NCBI GenBank assembly: GCA_022813965.1
Contig: JALDZS010000111.1
Span: 1-64,000 of the forward strand
Direction: 5' to 3'
DNA: 64,000 nucleotides
Origin: Toensbergia leucococca
Taxonomy: Eukaryota
Positions 61,151-64,000 of the stretch are shown here, piece by piece. Position numbers and translations under genes: made by a program. Each line of letters opens with the position of its first letter. Position 1 is the first letter of the stretch. The notes under the pieces are model-generated. The model made no database searches, had not been told where the DNA came from, and saw nothing but the letters and a program-made list of their open reading frames with translations.

Positions 61151-64000
61151 TAGTGTGACGACCATAGGAGATGATGAAGCAAATTCCGCGGAAGGAACAA
61201 TCAATGACACAGTTGACACTCTCAGATCATGCCAGGAAAATCGAGATGTCATTCATTCAACAACTATTGCCCGGCACATCTTCGCGAAGTGCCTCCAAGA
61301 AAATCGTAATACCAACCTCTACCGCTCCAGCAAAGGCTCCCCAAACCCCAACATCATCCCATCATTCCATGGCGGTGGCAGTCAGACCTTTGAAGCTTGA
61401 GACATATTCATGCTCTGCATGTACTCAGATCTTTCATACAACCAAGGTCTATGCCATGCGAGTGGCCTGTGCCCTCCGCTTCTGTTTACAGCGCCCATCC
61501 TTCGCCATCGATACACATACTCAGCGTCTGTATGCTGAATTGAGTCCCCGAGAAAGCGACTTCACCGCATCCTCTTCCGTCTCCACCATTTAGCCGACAA
61601 GCTACTTATCAAGCCATCGTTGCAAAAACTTCCCGACGAACTTTCCGAACTAACTGAAATTCTACCCTTTCTACTACCCAAGGGTTGAAATCCAAGCACA
61701 GTCCCGACGACTCTCCTTACTAAATAAAACTCTTAAGTCTTAATTTTTCTACCTACCCAAGGGTTGACGAAATCCAAGCACAAGTCTCCTTTTTCAAGCA
61801 TTCTGCACATACGCTGTCCGCAAGCTTACTTTTTCGTATCATTTCGCCGCTCTCACACACACCGCTCTCACACACACCGCCCTACCGCCGCCCACAACAC
61901 TGGAACCAACTCACCTCATCTCGCCACAGTGTCCGCGCCAAATGAAGACGTCGAACCCGCCCAACAAGCCTCCGAGCAATCCCCTCAACTCCCTCACCAC
62001 CAACCGCGACAACCACAACAATCACAACAACAGCAGTAGCAGAAGCAGATGGAAAGGTAGGGGGGAGAGGGTGCTGAGTGCGAATCCGCTGCCTCCATTT
62101 CCCAATCGCTCGATTTTCTGATGGAGGCATCAATCCTGCACATGCCAGGCTTGCCAGCACATATCCAAGGCGTAGAGCCGCGAAAGGAATGGGAAGACCA
62201 GAAATATTCGAGGACCATCATCTTTGCTATCCAGACCTTCCCAATTACTATTACTATTCCACCAATCAGCACTTGAGACGTTAGAATGCTCTGCGTCAAG
62301 ATAAAGGACTTGCCCAGTCTTTCAACTTCTGCCTCTAACCTATCTACTCAAATACCTCTGGAGATAATAGACTATGTCGAAGATAGGCGCCTCCCCGGCA
62401 TCTCCTCGATATGCCATCAAGCTACAACGAATGGATGGGTATATACTAACAAAAAACAAATAGTACAGACAACTGGCTCTCCGAGAATGGCGATAAAGAG
62501 CTTGAAGTCTCCTCCTGAACCTTCCTCTTCTTCCTACATTTATTATCCTTTATTTCTGCACTTTATCTATTGTTTAGCGATGTAACTTTCGACTCGTCGA
62601 GAGAGGGCAAAGACCCTTGTTACTTCATACGTCATCCCACGCCCATGATTACAGATTCTATCGAACGCAATTAGAAGCGTTGCTCAATCGGCCATCTAGC
62701 TACAAGCTATGTTTGGTTCAAGCGTCTGGAGGAAAACCAAGACGATGATAGGATACAGAACTTACTGAATGATTGTGGGCTCCTCGATGCATGCCTCACG
62801 TTGAGGAGGCCACCAATCCGCGAATCGAGCTGAGTGTGACTAAGAAGAGGGAATTCGGCGTAGAAGTGATAGGGGAGACAGAGGATGGCAATCAACGGAA
62901 AGAAGCGTGGGACAAGAGTGGAGAAGAGCGGAGAAATCAAGAATGAGAATGAGGACTAGGACTAGCAGGAGCATGTCAACATCGTGTTGGGGGATGAGAC
63001 AGAAATGAAGGGGATAAAGAGAGATGCAGAGACTTATGAAGGTAAAAAGAGTTCTGAGAGCAAAAAGATTTGCGAAGGTAAAAAGAGTTACGAAGTTAAA
63101 GGGAAGTAAATCTGCTCTCAAACGAAAGAAGTAGCAAGAGGCAGAGGCAGGGAGCGAGGGCCAGAGTAGTAATGAGGAGGAACACGCGAGCAATCCTCCG
63201 AGCAACCCTCCCAGCAACCCTACCACCCCCAAACCTTCCTCCCACACCTGACCGCGCAACGCGCCCACTACCTCCAGACCCTAACCAGCCGACTCAACGC
63301 CGTCAGGGCCAAATTCCGCACAACACTGTGCGCCCAAGCCGCCATACTGGAGCAACACGTTGCGGAGGAAGACCTCGCCGACCTCTTTCAGGAGAACGAG
63401 ACGAAGGTCCATCCACATACGCCCAGTTTCTCGGACTCAACTTTGGTTCTATAGCTCTTCCGCACAAGATCCTTTGATGTTCTCACAGTCAAACTTATAT
63501 ATAGACTGTCTGATGCCTTCACGCAGCATTCGGCTCGAGTGGATAATCAGATGAACCCTCCAAGCACACCGAGCCCTTCCAAGAAAATCATAATCCCAAC
63601 TTTTGCGGCGGAAGTAATATAATATATATGGGACTATCCGGGCCGCATTTTCTGTCTCCTTCACGCTCCGGTATATATCCACTCCCCTTTACCATCGCGC
63701 AGCAACCCTGGCGGAGCGTGATCAGCTCACGGATGATTGGAGCGTTGCATGCCGCAGCCCGTTCCTGAGCATCCAAGTCTAAAAGACCATGCAAAATTCT
63801 CTTCTAAAATTGAAGGTGAAAAGCTTTCGTCAAAGCTCATCAAGCATCGCAGCTGAGCATTAATGAAGCTTAGCTACTAGGAGACAGTGATGGCCTAATT
63901 CATGAAGCAACAAACGAGAAAGGTGAAGCGTCGAAAAATTCACAGCAGATTCTATTGGGATCTTCTACTATAAGTATCTTGGTTTTTCTGCACAATCTCG

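Overview
Eukaryotic DNA from a filamentous ascomycete (Pezizomycotina): GT-AG introns with CTRAC/CTRAT branch points and RIP-type C>T/G>A decay. A lichen-forming lineage is plausible but cannot be shown from the sequence. (1) 1-5.5 kb is an AT-rich transposon nest. A RIP-destroyed piggyBac transposase (minus strand) carries a solo LTR (549-713, TSD ATTTC), a pol-less 2.47-kb LTR element encoding gag-like and C2H2 zinc-finger ORFs (1510-3979, TSD AATCC) and probably a third LTR at the window edge. (2) 6-52 kb is gene-rich: a membrane protein, a free-standing His-Cys-box (homing-endonuclease-like) gene with one in-frame stop, a beta-lactamase-family hydrolase, an IgE-binding-like wall protein, an MBOAT acyltransferase, a small hydrophilic protein, an aquaporin, a PA-TM-RING E3 ligase, an EI24/Lds-family protein, a secreted DUF4185-like protein, a CAP59-type mannosyltransferase, an apparent pseudokinase, an F-box protein and an FtsJ-like methyltransferase. 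It also holds a 1.1-kb foldback element and a Tourist-like MITE. (3) 52-64 kb is gene-poor and strewn with decayed fragments (ankyrin, F-box/2EXR-like, C2H2) plus one spliced orphan gene. All calls were made by eye; no database searches were run.
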